Source: Azolla caroliniana
Lineage: Eukaryota > Plantae > Polypodiophyta
Direction: 5' to 3'
Length of the DNA: 64,000 nt
Assembly: GCA_043228905.1 (NCBI GenBank)
Contig: JBHGNT010000014.1
Coordinates: 8,122,001-8,186,000 of the forward strand
Shown here: piece by piece, positions 11,783 to 24,602 of the stretch
How the letters are laid out: each line of letters starts with the position of its first letter
Numbering within the stretch: the first letter of the stretch is position 1
Position numbers and translations under genes: made by a program
Notes under the pieces: generated by a model
Database searches by the model: none
Seen by the model: the letters and a program-made list of their open reading frames with translations, nothing else
What the model was told of the DNA's origin: nothing

Positions 11783-13662
11783 CTCCCATCCCGATGCCCT
11801 TGGGCGATTATATTGCCTTCTTCCTCGATGAAGCACTCGAGATGCATGAATCGCACTTGCATTCCATGATCGACAATCTGTCCAACTGACACTAGGTTCT
11901 TCGTAATTCTCGAAACATGTAATACGTTCATCAACTTCCCTTTTTGTCCAACATGACTAAAGGGGACTTCTTCGACATGTTCGATTGGGTGAGGGGTGTC
12001 GTCTCTGGTTTCCACAATTCCCGGTCGTCTCCGGTTTTTCCAAAAATGAGAACCACTCTTCATGGCTCATCATATGGTTTGACGCTCTAGAGTCAACATA
12101 CCATACCTCATCCGACTATGAGGTGGTCTTCTTCATCGAGTTCGCCTTGTGCTTCATCATGAAGGCTGGCCCTTTTCCGGTCTTCCCGATTCCAGATCTT
12201 TCCGATCCTTCTACGTAGTGCGAGCTCTGCCAATTCCCTTGTCCGGCCTTGTCGGATCCGGATTTATCCGTATCAGCATGCTTCTTCCAACACTCGCTTT
12301 CTCGATGGCCTTTCTTGCCAAAGTACCAGCATTCCGTATCGGCTTTCGATTGCCGGTTTCCGGCACCACCTTGACTCCCCCTGCTTGTGCAGGGTTTAGA
12401 ATTGTTGTCGATACCATCTTTGTGCCTCCGATTCTGCTCTTGTCAGTCGTCGCTATTGCGTGCCGACCCACCTTGTCCTCCACGCCCACGGGGCCGATTT
12501 GCCTCTGTGTACAACATCCGGTTGTCTGGTTGACTGTTCCTCGACCCACTCACGTGGTTATCTTCAATCATCAGCATCGATTGCAAGACAAAGAAGGACA
12601 GTGGCTTCTCACGGGTGCAAATTACCATCCGAATAGGCCTGTGCCTTTGCATTAAACCACCGAGGGAGATCTGGACCATATCGTCTTCGTCCACCATCAC
12701 GTTGATGGACCCAATGCATCACAAATCTCCTTTCTTTTGGTGGTATAATCGGTAACGGACATATCCCATTGTCGGATGTTGTTGAGCTCTTGTCAGAGCT
12801 GCAACTTCCGGGTCGTGGTGCTTGCTGCGAAAATCTTCTTCACATTTTCCCAGGCTTCTTTCGCCACTTTTGCATCCCTAATGTAGCCGAGCATCTGATC
12901 GTGCACACAGGACGCGTGACAGTATAATACTCTACTCGCTTCTTGCTCCGACTTCGGGAAGTCCTTTGGCGCTACTTCATTTACTCCTTCGACATAGCTC
13001 TAGTATCCGTGTCTGAGCAAGTATCAGTGCATCTTGTAGGACCAAGATGCATAGTTGCTTCTATCGAGCTTCTCAGTCGGACGCAGCTAGCAATCCCTCT
13101 ATCCATTTCCTTCTTCTGTTTGTTCTTTACCGGAAGTTAGGTTTTCGTTTTTCTAATTCTTTCTGTCGACAACAGAGGATGTTCAACCCTCGCACTTTAA
13201 TACCATGAAAAAGTTAATGTGCAAAAGCTTAGACAAACTAGCTTAGCCGGATAACAGCAGAAAACAAAGACAGGTTTTATGGAAAGCTTGAATAACACAC
13301 ACACACAGAGTACACGGGAGAGATAGAGAGAGCAGAACAATAAACTCTACTTCAAAATATCACATTGTACATATAATGTGCTCAGTGAGCACTTTTATAC
13401 AAGTCCTTAAAAGGACTGATAGAAGTACTGACCTGTACTTCAATGCTTGTATGAATGACTGACATTGACTCTTAAAAATATACCAACGTACTAGGCTAGG
13501 ACCGTAGACCTCTAACGGCCTACCGGTTACACTCCATTCCAAACGCCAATCCGGCTCTCCGGCTCTCCTCTCCCAACACTGATCCGGTTCTTTATTCCCG
13601 ATACCAATCTGGCTTTCGCTTACTCAGCCAATCCGGATCCTATTGAGTTTGTTCGTTGAACA
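11783..13662 (-). mobile_element. Copia-A 5' part (GAG-pre-integrase, protease, gag, degenerate PBS-Met, LTR 13206-13662)
   Basis: VLHV..ITKNLVSVGQIVD; WYVDS.AS; PBS-like tggtattaaag; LTR tgaaaa...gttgaaca similar to the LTR at 47126. Confidence 0.88.
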
Positions 13663-14889
13663 GAGGCGTCGGAGTCGATGAATCATACTTCTTCTAATGT
13701 AAAGGTGCTAGCCGAACCGGGTGCCGACATGGTGTTTTCCTTATCTCGCGTGACGAACATTCCACTATAGACTTCAAAGTTGGAGTTGTTGGCGTAGTTT
13801 TTGAGTTAACTTACTGGTTTGTGGAAGCTGATTCGTTTCTCTTCTTTCGGCACTTCGCTTTGCGGTGGCCAATCTTCCCACAATTTTTGCAAGTAATGGG
13901 CCTATTTTGCCATCCTTGTTCAAAATGGAAGTTCCCCCTTCTTCCGAAGGTTCCTTGAATGATTTTGTCTTCTTGCCGAAGGTTTGAATTACCTTCGTGA
14001 GATGGGCTGAATTAACCGCCTCTGCCTTGGCCAGATCGGCCTCTTTTATTGCCACAACTTCGTCCTCGGCCACCATCCAAATTTGAGAAGAACATTTGTC
14101 CTTCCGACATCTTACTCTTGGTTCGAACATGGTTCTCTTCAATCAATAATATTGATTGAAGGTCGAAGAACGAAAGAGGGTTTTCCCTCACCAAGATTGT
14201 TGTCCTTATCAGATCAAATTGTGTGAGGCTGCCCACGTACCCTTTCACCATTTCATCCTCTTCATTGTTTATGTTGATGGAGCTAAGTGAGTCGCACATA
14301 CTCTTGATCTTGCATGTGTAATCCGACATGGACATATCCTTTTGTTGAATGTTCTTCAACTCTTGCCTGAGTTGAAGTTTGCGGGCAATTGTGTTAGCGG
14401 CGAAGATTGCTTAGCATGTGATCGTGGACACATGTTGTCAAACAATACATTACCGGACTTGCTCCTTTCTCCCAGTTGGGTAGTTGGAATTTGTGATATC
14501 AAGTTTATTTTCGAGGGTGTCATTGATGTAGCTCCAATACCCTTAGTCGACTAGGTATTGGTTCATCCTGTACTCCCAAGATGAAAAATTGCTCATGTCT
14601 AGCTTTTCACTACAAAGCGAGCTACCCATTTGTGTGTTCATGTTGATGTTGTGTCTTCCTTTCTCGGCTTTTCTTCCTTCGATCATGCACATGTGCTACA
14701 TAGCAGCACTACGGTAGCAAATAGTTGGAGTTGTCATCTGCGTCTTGAACACAATCACTATGAGTTAGGTGGCCTTGGTGGATATGCTCAACCACATGCT
14801 CTGATGCCATGCTAATAATTAGGTAATTAACTAAGGGTTAATTAGTATCTAATTATGTGATTAAGCAACATAAGACTATGTGATATGTG

Positions 14890-14923
<34 letters not shown>

Positions 14924-15209
14924 AAGGAAGTTAAATGAGAGATAGAGGGGAAATACACTTATGAACAATAAGACAAATCAGGGATGATTGACAAGAGTGT
15001 AGCTTGAAGACCTTTCTCTCTTTTACTAAGCATCAAAATACAAAAATAACCACAATGTGGTATTATATACATCTCATGTGAAAGGGTGCACATGTGTGAG
15101 GAGAATATAGGTACAAGGATGACTTTGAGAATATAGATTCGATTTATGTAACAACTAAGTTACACGATTGACTAAATAACGAAACCTAGTTGAGCTTGAT
15201 ATCTCAACA
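13663..15209 (-). mobile_element. Copia-B 5' part (gag to protease motif, PBS-Met, LTR 14810-15209)
   Basis: gag ORFs 13774-14359; protease motif EEV*FIDSDAS is cut at 13663; PBS tggcatcagagc; LTR ends ...gagcttgatatctcaaca. Confidence 0.85.
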
Positions 15210-15789
15210 TGAGATAACGTTCCCATTTTGTTGACTTCGTAGCAACATATGCTTGAAGCATGTCCTCAATAGTTTGATTTACTTGTCATGTCTATCCATC
15301 ACATTGAGAATGATTCGTGGAGCTCATGCTCAAGGTAATTTCTAACTTCTTAAAAACTTGTGTCCAACAGTAAACTTTGAATCTCGATCATTCAAAATAT
15401 CTATTTGTAACCCATAAAAACAAAATAACTCAACAAAGAATTGGTAAGCCAAGTCAGAAGTAGTTACCATGGTTTTAGGTAACAATAAACCTGACCATTT
15501 TAGTTAGTCTATCAACTACAACTCAAATGGCACCATAACCTTTTTGATGCAAGAATGGTTAAAACTCATGGATATACTTTCCCATTTATTGTTGAAAATT
15601 TCCATGGATATACTTATGCATGTAACCTTTAATAAGATCTGTACGTAGTCAATTGGGAATAATTACAAAAATATTTTTGTAAAAACTAGACAATACCAAG
15701 GAATGATTGAACTTCTTGACTATTTATTCCGAAAAGTGGGCCGGAATTTGACTTTTTGAATGCAAGATGGAGCAATTTCAACTCGTTCG
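15210..15789 (-). pseudogene. Decayed chromovirus-type Gypsy integrase
   Basis: Manual translation gives KWESISMSF..GYGAI*VVVDRLTKMVRFI and HSQCDG*T*QVNQTIEDMLQAYV. Confidence 0.75.
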
Positions 15790-16243
15790 TGTTATGTGCA
15801 TGACCATATAATATCCCATGGTGAGAATTTACTGTAGTATTCTATACACATGGATAAGTGTGAGGGTTAAACGAGAGTGTAAAGAAGGGGAGGATTACTT
15901 TTAATCCTCAGGATTGAGACAACCCATTAGGCCAAGTGTGAACTTGGCTGGGGGCCTTGGGCATCGCTATAAATATGAGGCCTAGCTACCCTCATTTCAT
16001 CATCTCTTGACTACGTCGAGCCTCTGTTTTGTGGTGGGTCAACTCTTCTAGTGAACGCACCAGCACCAGGTACGACTCGACGCCACAGCGGTGGTATGGG
16101 GCGCCGATCGAGGCTCGAGTCCGTCTTGATCCCTTCGCTCGGGGGTGGTTGGGTGGATCGGCACCCTTCTTTCTCTCTCTCCTTTCTTATTTCATATATC
16201 TTATATCCTTATCATATGCTTACATTAGAGCATCACTCTAACA
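15790..16243 (+). mobile_element. Probable solo LTR
   Basis: tgtta...taaca ends and tataaat near 15968; flanks gttcg/ttttg are only a partial TSD. Confidence 0.65.
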
Positions 16244-16321
16244 TTTTGGTTATGAGATTTCTAAGATATGTAGTTGCTATCTTGAAGAACTCACATTGTG
16301 AGATATTCACATAGAACTGTT

Positions 16322-17300
16322 TGTCACATGATATTTGTAAAACAAAGCTGACATATTTATCATGTTCTTCTACGACTATAAACTTGATATTGATGGAGAG
16401 GAAACAATTGATGGAGATTGTTTTTTAACATATTGAATAAAATGGGTATAATCATTTAGTATGAACATTGAATGGTGAAGATAAAGCAAAGTTTTCTTGA
16501 AGGACTTGAGAGTGGTGTTGAACCAGAATGGTTCAATAAGAGCGAGGGAGAGGGCTTCATTATATAGTGGGTCGTGGAGCATTCTAGGGATTTTCTAAAA
16601 CGTTCGAGGAAGTTCTAAAATGTTCTAGGAAGTTGTAGAATATTTTAGGACGATATAGAAAGTTCCAAGGTTCTACCCATTATGATATTCTATTACAATA
16701 TAATAATTATGACTATCAAATGGTTTCTGGTAAAGTCCTTGGCCTATGTACACATAGGTCATTGGTTTGAGCCATGTAATCACATGGTGGCCATCACACT
16801 AGCCCCCTCTTAAAATGACAAGTTATTGGAATCGTCATGGTGGTAACAGGACCAGGTTTCTTGGAGAATTGACGATGAAATTCTTTAACTAGATTTGAAG
16901 CATTTGCAAAATTGTTCACAAGTTCCCATGTTTGCTTAGATGTTTGCTCATTTGGATCATAACCCAACCAATCCACCAAATAATATAAAATCTATTGCAT
17001 ATAATCTTCAAATCGAGAATCGTTGCAAATTCATATTTAGGACTATTAGCAATTTGGACAAGAAGTGGTGGTGGCATCACACTATTCGAAATAGAAGTTG
17101 TGGTACAGGGTTCAAGAAGGGAACAATGAAACACTAGATGAACTCGCACATAGGAAGGGAGATCGAGATGGAAAGTCACCTTATTAATTTTTTATGAGAT
17201 CATAAATGCTCCCAATCGTTTATAATCAAGTTTATCACAAGGTCATGTTGTTCTCATGTGTCAACACAATAACCATGCACGATTGCCAATGTGAAACGTA
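16322..17300 (-). mobile_element. Chromovirus Gypsy 3' end (integrase C-terminus, chromodomain, PPT, LTR ~16322-16798)
   Basis: VHLVFHCSLLEP and chromodomain VDWLGY...TWE...NASNLVKEFH; PPT aagagggggctag followed by tgtgat; left LTR edge is tentative. Confidence 0.8.
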
Positions 17301-17466
17301 TGTTGAAGATGATGACAACAAACTATAGTGTTATTGTAGGATGTTGTCACAAAATGTCAATATCAATCTTCGAACCTATAAGCTTTAAACATAAGTCCTA
17401 CACTTTAGCCATTACACTCAATATATTTTCATATCATTATTATTTATTGTTAGAGTATTGGGGGAT

Positions 17467-17612
17467 CTTTCCTTATTACGAGAGCACCGGGAAGGATGCA
17501 CCTCTGGTGTACTAGTTATTGTGCCCACGGTAAATGCTGGGTAGCCAAGTGCGGAGCGGATAATTGTTGAAAGCATCTAAGTTGGAAGCCCACCTCGGGA
17601 TGAGTGCTCTCC
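17467..17612 (+). pseudogene. rrn23: Plastid 23S rRNA 3' fragment (NUPT)
   Basis: Decayed sarcin-ricin loop region tacgagagcaccggg and conserved gaaagcatctaag. Confidence 0.88.
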
Positions 17613-17651
17613 CACTCGTTCTTAAGAAGTCTCTAATTTGAGAACCCAAGA

Positions 17652-17730
17652 TAAGGTCACGGAAAGACTAGCCGTTTATAACCACGATAGGCGTCAGGTG
17701 GAGCTGCAATAATGTATGCGACTAAGGCAT
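17652..17730 (+). pseudogene. rrn4.5: Plastid 4.5S rRNA fragment (NUPT)
   Basis: aaggtcacgg..gccgttta..acgatagg..gtgga..atgtatgc..aggcat after a short spacer, as in the plastid operon. Confidence 0.85.
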
Positions 17731-17899
17731 GGAATACATAACCATATTCTACCACCAATAAACTCTAACAACTTTCATGATTCATATCAACTACATCATC
17801 TACTTCAACAACCCTTAATTGAAAAAAACATTTGAATTAAGATCTCAGATTCTCCTTTCCTTGCTAATGTAACAATTGAGAAGAAGCAAGTAATTCCTT

Positions 17900-18560
17900 T
17901 TGCAATGAATTACGTTTCTCTTGACTATTTGATGATTCCCATTCAAAAGACAACAAAGATTCTTCCTAAATCTTACCAACTCCTCAGGTCATACAAAGTG
18001 TCACACTTTAATAACAATGCGCAACTTGAGAAAATGCCATCATGATATCTTAATCTTAGTTTTTCCATGCACCAATCCTTCTTTCTCAATAAAATGTTGC
18101 ATCTTATATATCCATAGTTGTCTTCTTGATGCAAAGCATGTGTCGCAATGACAAATAGCAAAGGACTAAGACAACATCCTTGTGGCACTAATCAAGTGAG
18201 CAGAATTTGTGGAGTGACCCCACGATTCGATATTATATGAGACGTTGGATTTTCCCCAAGTAGAGATATAATTTGAGACATGAAAGGTCCATAACCCATG
18301 CTATGCATCACCCTTGAGATAGAATCAATTGAAATGATCATATGCCTTTTATAAAACTAATTACAATCTACTCAATTCCTGATTTGTATGTTGACCATAA
18401 TATGATATCATTTGAACATGCAATACATTATGAAATATAATTCTACCTATAATAAAACCATATTGAGCTATATCAATATATTGCAGCAAAGTAGCATATA
18501 TTTTATCATAAAGGGGCCCTTTCAAGCAAAGATTTGTACATATCTGTTGTATGTGTTTTG
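17900..18560 (-). pseudogene. Highly decayed LINE reverse transcriptase fragment
   Basis: QGCCLSPLLFVIATHAL motif; similar to the RT at 20310-21050; boundaries approximate. Confidence 0.7.
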
Positions 18561-18702
18561 AACACTACATCTTGGTCCATTGACATTCGAAGACATTCTA
18601 CCATAAATGACTTGTCATGCATCGCATAAATTCTATCCAACCTATTCGAATATTACTTGTATTGCATAGATTGATAGGTAAACTTAAGCTCATCTAGATG
18701 CA

Positions 18703-18705
<3 letters not shown>

Positions 18706-18762
<57 letters not shown>
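18706..18762. repeat. (CT)n microsatellite
   Basis: Direct reading. Confidence 0.98.
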
Positions 18763-18765
<3 letters not shown>

Positions 18766-18999
18766 TTTTTTTGGTGAAAACACACAATTATATTAATAAA
18801 TGTGTGTAAAAAACACTCCTTACAATGGGTGTGACCATGAAGTATGGTCACCCACATGGGTAATGGAACATGTTGAATTGCCAATAGGCAAGACGAACAT
18901 TCCACCAAGGAAAGGATTTCCACTTGCTCCAATAAAGAAAATTGCCACATTAGTACTCCCTTCAACTTTCGTAGATATGTTTTCACTCCATGTCTACCA

Positions 19000-21900
19000 T
19001 CGAATACAAAAGTGTTGCGCATATTCCAATTATGATGCAATCCCCAATATCTCAAAAATAGAAAAACAATCTCCATCTCTGACTTTGGGTCCACCTATGT
19101 AAATTGTGTAAACACCCATTGTCTAGGTGTCAAATAACAACGAGATAAAACTTGCCAAATTTGAGAAATGTAACTCCAAATCTGAGAAGCAATCAGGCAT
19201 TGTATAAATCAATGAGTACTATCTTCCATTTGAACAGTGCAAAAAAATCAATTACCCGTTGCTAGTCCACGATGCTTTAGAGCTAATCCCAAAGGCAATC
19301 CTCCAATCAAAACTCTCCAAATGAAGACCTTTGCTACAAGTGGCAATTTAGAATGCCAACTACATTGTAAGATTTACCACCACCCATGACCAGATTTGTG
19401 TAATCCCCATTCTTCTTCAGCCTTAGATGATAACCATCCAAGAGACTCAACAGAGCAATGATATAAAAGATTAGTAGTCACTTGTAACAACTATGTTTGA
19501 CCCTTTAAACACCAATCAATCCACGGTTGTTCTCCTGTTTGTAGAGGTAAGTGACCTTGCTCAATGGAATATTTCGTAGTTGTTACCAAATAAACCCATA
19601 ATTAGGCGGAATGCATAATAATTGTCGTGCTTCAACAAACTCCAAAATTCTTTGAGATGGAGCCTCAACTATATCTCCCACCTTTTTTACCCCCAAACGA
19701 AACAAACGATTAAATTGAGAGCGTAATCTCTCCTTTCCTGGCCAACATAATAACCAAGAAGACACAAGCAACTCTTTTTGCAAAGAATTACAATGCTCTC
19801 TACTAGATGATGGTTTCCATACACATAACAAGAGTGCTTCTTGCCATGAGGTAACCAAGTGTTGAACACATGTAGAGCCCGGAATCCTAAGTGAAATACA
19901 TCCATTTAGTAATCACCACCATGAAGCCTTAATTGTTGTCCTCCCATGTGTTAAACCCTTGTTCTCAATGAAATATTGAACAAAAATATCCATGGTTGTG
20001 AGTTTGAACACATGTCTTATAATAATGAAAATCTATGAGCCATCATATGCTTAGATAAGTTCTATACTCCAGCTCCCCCCAAGCGCTTAGGAGTTGCTAG
20101 ATGATTCCATGTAACCCAAGTGATTCCCATCTTATCCCTTTTCTTCCACAACAAATATCGAAGAGGTTGCAAAATAGAATACAAAGCCTTCTTTGTCCAC
20201 GGCAGCATTGGCAAGTAATATAATATCATAGGTTCCATAATACATTGTACAACCCTCAAATGTACATGAAATGGCCAAGATTGTGATTTCCAATACATGA
20301 ACTTTTCCCTCAACTTACTAGACCTCCATTCAACCATTCAATCAATTGACCATTTGTAACATTCATTCCTAATGGATAGCCCAAGTGTCGAAAAATAGAG
20401 CCTTTCTTCACCACGGATCCTTGCCATCCTAAACATTCCAAATCCCTTTCAGTACATGATATGAGACTAGACTTCCTCCAATTAATATGTAATCCGGAAG
20501 CCAATGCAAATTGGTTCCATACAAGCATCCCCTTCTCAATATTCTCTCGTGAGGCTTGTAGAAACATGAAAGAATCATCCGCCAAAGCTTGTGCAATTAG
20601 TTTCCCTCCAGACGGAAGGTGTAGACCCACAATATCACCATTTGTTGCAAGCCTTGATAGCATCACTAACAATGGATGAGTAACAACAGCAAACAACAAC
20701 GGGCTAATAGGGCATCCTTGACGAACGGATCTTGTAAGGGCAATATCTGATGTAACTCCTCCATTAAGCATGACTCGAGACACTACATCTTGTCCTAATA
20801 AAAATATGAGGCGAGACATACGAGGTCCAAAGCCCATTGTATGCATTAAGCTAGAAACAAAGGACCAATTAACATGATCATAACCTTTCTCCAAATCTAA
20901 TTGCACCATAATCAATTCTTGATGAGTGTTTCGAGCATAATCCATGGCCATTTGAACATTCAACACATTATGCAATATATTCCTACCTACAATAAAAACC
21001 ATATTGGGCGGGATGTATCAACTTTGGCAAATACTTTTGCAATCTATTTGCCAAGACCTTTGTAAATATCTTATACAACCCCCCCATCAAAGAAATAGGT
21101 CTCCATTGATGAAATGACTATGGAGATGCCACCTTTAGAACTAATTTAATTAGACCAACCTTCCAACCTTGAGGCATACGACCAGAATCCCAAGAATGTT
21201 GAACCATCAAAGTTAAGGGCCCCTTTAAAATGTGTGAATATCGCTTAAAAACTTCATTTGTCAAGTCATCCCAACCAGGGCTCTTACCACTAGGAAGATG
21301 CCTTAAAACTGTGTCCACCTCATCCTCAGTGAAATCCGCATCCAATTCATGACTAATGAGGTCATGCACAATACATCCAACCACATCATAAAACTCATGA
21401 CGTGCTCTACTCACCTCATTTGTCATTAACAATTGTGGGCCAATCAACTCCTTAAAGGAATGAACACATATGTCAATTATTTTAGTAGGATCCACTATCC
21501 ATTCATCACCTTGCTTCACATGTACCACATTAGATCGAGTATAAGTAGGATGTAATGCTTGGAAAAACAAATGGGATTGACATTGATTATCTATGAACCC
21601 ATCCCTCAATTGTCGCATCTTCGCATAATGATAACTTTGGCATTGCAACTGAGAAATAATAACATGCAATTGACTTTGGATATCCAAAAGCTCCTCATCT
21701 AAAGGTGCATGTATCAATAATGAATTACACCTAGAGAGAACTTGTGAGAATTTTAGAAGAAGACCTCTTCTTCGTTGAGCATTATTTACTCCATACATAC
21801 GATGAACGATCTTAATGTTTCGTAATGTGATATCCCATGCTTTAACTCCTTTAACATTCACTTCTTGTGAAAAGTTTACCAAAATTTGCTCCATGAGAGA

Positions 21901-22700
21901 ATCAAAGTGAGGTTGAAGCAAAAGAGAAGAGTTAAAGCGTAATGGAGGCTTTCCAAGTAAGGATTTATACATGTCAATTGCATGACCATAAATCTCCAAA
22001 CAAATAGGAAAGTGATCTGAAGTTCCTACATCTTGTAAAACTGCCATATGAAGTGATGTCGGTAAAAAAGAATCATTATGCATCACATACATTCTATCTA
22101 ACCGACTCCATGTTTGTCTATGTTGAGCAGATTGGAAAGTAAAACCTGGATCATTCCCATGCAACCATGTCCAAACATCCAACTTCAAAACCTCCATAGC
22201 CAATGAATCCCAACCAAGTTGCTCGGGATCATCCATGATTAAATGTTCAGACGTAGATTGAGATGCATCAACACACATGTTAAAATCACCATAAGTAATC
22301 CTGGACGGCCCACACATAGGGTTTGACGGAGTGAGCCCCATAATGCAATACGTTGGGTGGCTTGGTTAGGGGCATAAATCCCAACCACCCACCCAACCTC
22401 GCCAAAAAAAGTGATTTCTAGAACCAAAAACCGACCATAAGGATCATTATGCACCACCTGAGGAAAATACTTGTCCCGCACGATTAATACCACACCTAAA
22501 TAATGATTATTAAGATGTCATGCATAGAATGATGAATATCCATGCAAATGAATTGTGGATCCTGTTAACTCATGACACTCATGCTCAACTACACATAATA
22601 TATCCCATTCTTTACTTAATAAAGTTTGCCATAATATATACTTCTTATGAGGAGAACATGCCCCTCTCACATTCCATGTTACCACTTTCATTCAATCAAC
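19000..22700 (-). pseudogene. LINE ORF2 (endonuclease-RT), fragmented
   Basis: ORFs 22239-22493, 21118-22341, 20310-21002 and 20062-20337; boundaries approximate. Confidence 0.88.
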
Positions 22701-22704
22701 AATG

Positions 22705-23972
22705 TTATAGGTGCACTTGCTCCTTTACAGAAACCGATGTGATGAAACTAGTCAAAGCATGTTCCAATGTTGCATATGGATTTTCATGCACCACATCATT
22801 AGAGTTGTCTATCGAACCCTTTTGTTTAGGTTCTCCCGCTTGACGAAAACCTCGAGAATTCGATGAATTTACAACCCGTCCCAATGAATCAAATTGAAGG
22901 TGAAGGGGTAATCCCTTATCCCTAAATTGTCTTTGCCAAGGAACTTTTCGAGGACCCTCCCTAGTTCCTGAATTACTTTTCCAAGTAGTCTCACGAGTAG
23001 TGGGCAAACTTTTACATTGCATATTCATTGATTTGCCCTTCAACTTGCCCTTAACTTGATGCCAATCCTTTTCAACAAAAACATCATTACTAGTTCTATC
23101 CAACGGTTTTTTCCCCTTATCTATAACCACCAAATTTTGTTTTTCCATATCCATAGATTGAGTTCCCTTATTCTTAGGGCCCAAACCTTGAAGTGAAACC
23201 TCTTTATAACCTGCTCTAGATGATGTTCCTTCATCCATAACAACCACCATATCTGACACACCAACATCTCTCCCAACTCCTTCCTTACCATTCCCTTCAT
23301 TAGGAACCTCTATAGTTAAAGGACAATGACGATGGCATTCCGCCATAAAGTGACCCCATTCACCACATCCAAAACAGTGACCTACAAATGTCTCCCACTT
23401 CAATTTAAAACAAAGTCTTTTCATTCCAGGTGTGTTCATATGCACCCATCTTGGCCTCTTACAACTTGTATCCCATAACATACAAAATCTGCACTTATTT
23501 GTAGCATTTGCATGTGGAGATACCAACACTTTACCCATTTGACTCATCAACTCTGGTAAATGTGGCCATAAAATAGCATGCTTACAATCCACTATTACCC
23601 AAACGGGGCATTCTTGTTTCAACAAAGCATGATAGTCCAGAAGAGGGGACCATTGCATTCAATGCACCAATCATTTATCAAAAAACACTGAAACTTTAGC
23701 CAACAATGCACTTCGATGTTCCGGTGAACGAAACACTACATCATAAAACCCTCGTGGTCCTGCATATATATTTTCAATACAATTTGGTGACACGATTGTG
23801 TTCAACCATTGTTTAATCCAATTAATGTATGGGAGTTTCCCAGTAAAAAACAATATAACTACACGATCATAGAATACATCAAAAGATTGCAACACTACCT
23901 TAGCATCAAAATCCACATCACGCACATCCTCATCATTGCATTCTTTCGCTGCATTTTCATTTTCTTCCACAA
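22705..23972 (-). pseudogene. LINE ORF1 3' part (DUF4283-like region and zinc knuckle); 5' part at 29527-29900
   Basis: The frame joins across the Copia as LLSDIV-EENENAAKE. Confidence 0.8.
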
Positions 23973-24375
23973 TGTAAAGAATTAAGAGATGGATTCTTGT
24001 GAAGCGGAAGAGATGTGAGTTATGTGTGTGTGTAAGAGAGAGAGTGTGTGTGTGAGTGAGTGAGTGAGTGAGTGAGTGAAAACCAGAGAATGCGCAAGGT
24101 AAAAGTATATTGACAAAGGAGAAAGACTCAACCTTATACAAAGTGGGAGGAGGGTGCTTTATATAGTCACCCTCTCTCTTCATTAACTACAAGACTCATG
24201 GAGCATGGGGAATGTGAAAGCTCATAAGTTATGTGTCATAGAATATGATTCTATGACTCATACTAAATGCTAGAATACAAAGTGGTGACTTAATGGTGAC
24301 TCTTGACCGTTGGAGTGTCTATTCACTCTCAAGGTGAGTTCACACACTAGACCAAGTTGAGCTTGATTCTCAACA
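23973..24375 (-). repeat. Copia-C 3' LTR
   Basis: tgtaaag...ctcaaca; PPT at 24376-24387. Confidence 0.97.
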
Positions 24376-24602
24376 CACCCCCTCAAGCTCAAGTCGGGTC
24401 GGTTTCAGACAGTATCCAAAAATACACTTCAACTTGCGTTCCGAAGTCCGCGTTGACTCGCATTTCTGCGGAGTTACAGGATCCGTGCTCCAGCTTGCGT
24501 TGTGCGTAGTTACGAAGTCTGTGCTTTGGCTTGCGTCTTTCTTCGCAGCTTTACGCGGTAGATCGGCTCTTCGCGACTTCGTTGCGTGGTTGCGGAATGG
24601 CG

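Noticed and set aside
17467-17730. Functional rRNA genes or bacterial contamination
   Set aside because: Short, mutated at invariant positions, has the plastid-type 4.5S split and is embedded in nuclear repeats
18690-19094. ORF with an ERERER tail (also 30033-30446 and 40755-41012)
   Set aside because: Translations of (GA)n/(CT)n microsatellites
20570-20600. Non-canonical RT motifs (LADD here, FLDD in the Gypsy elements) as novelty
   Set aside because: The catalytic aspartates are retained, and variation at the first positions is common or could be decay
23671-24183. 170-aa ORF repeated at 29087-29329
   Set aside because: Chance reading through the Copia-C LTR, fused here to LINE ORF1
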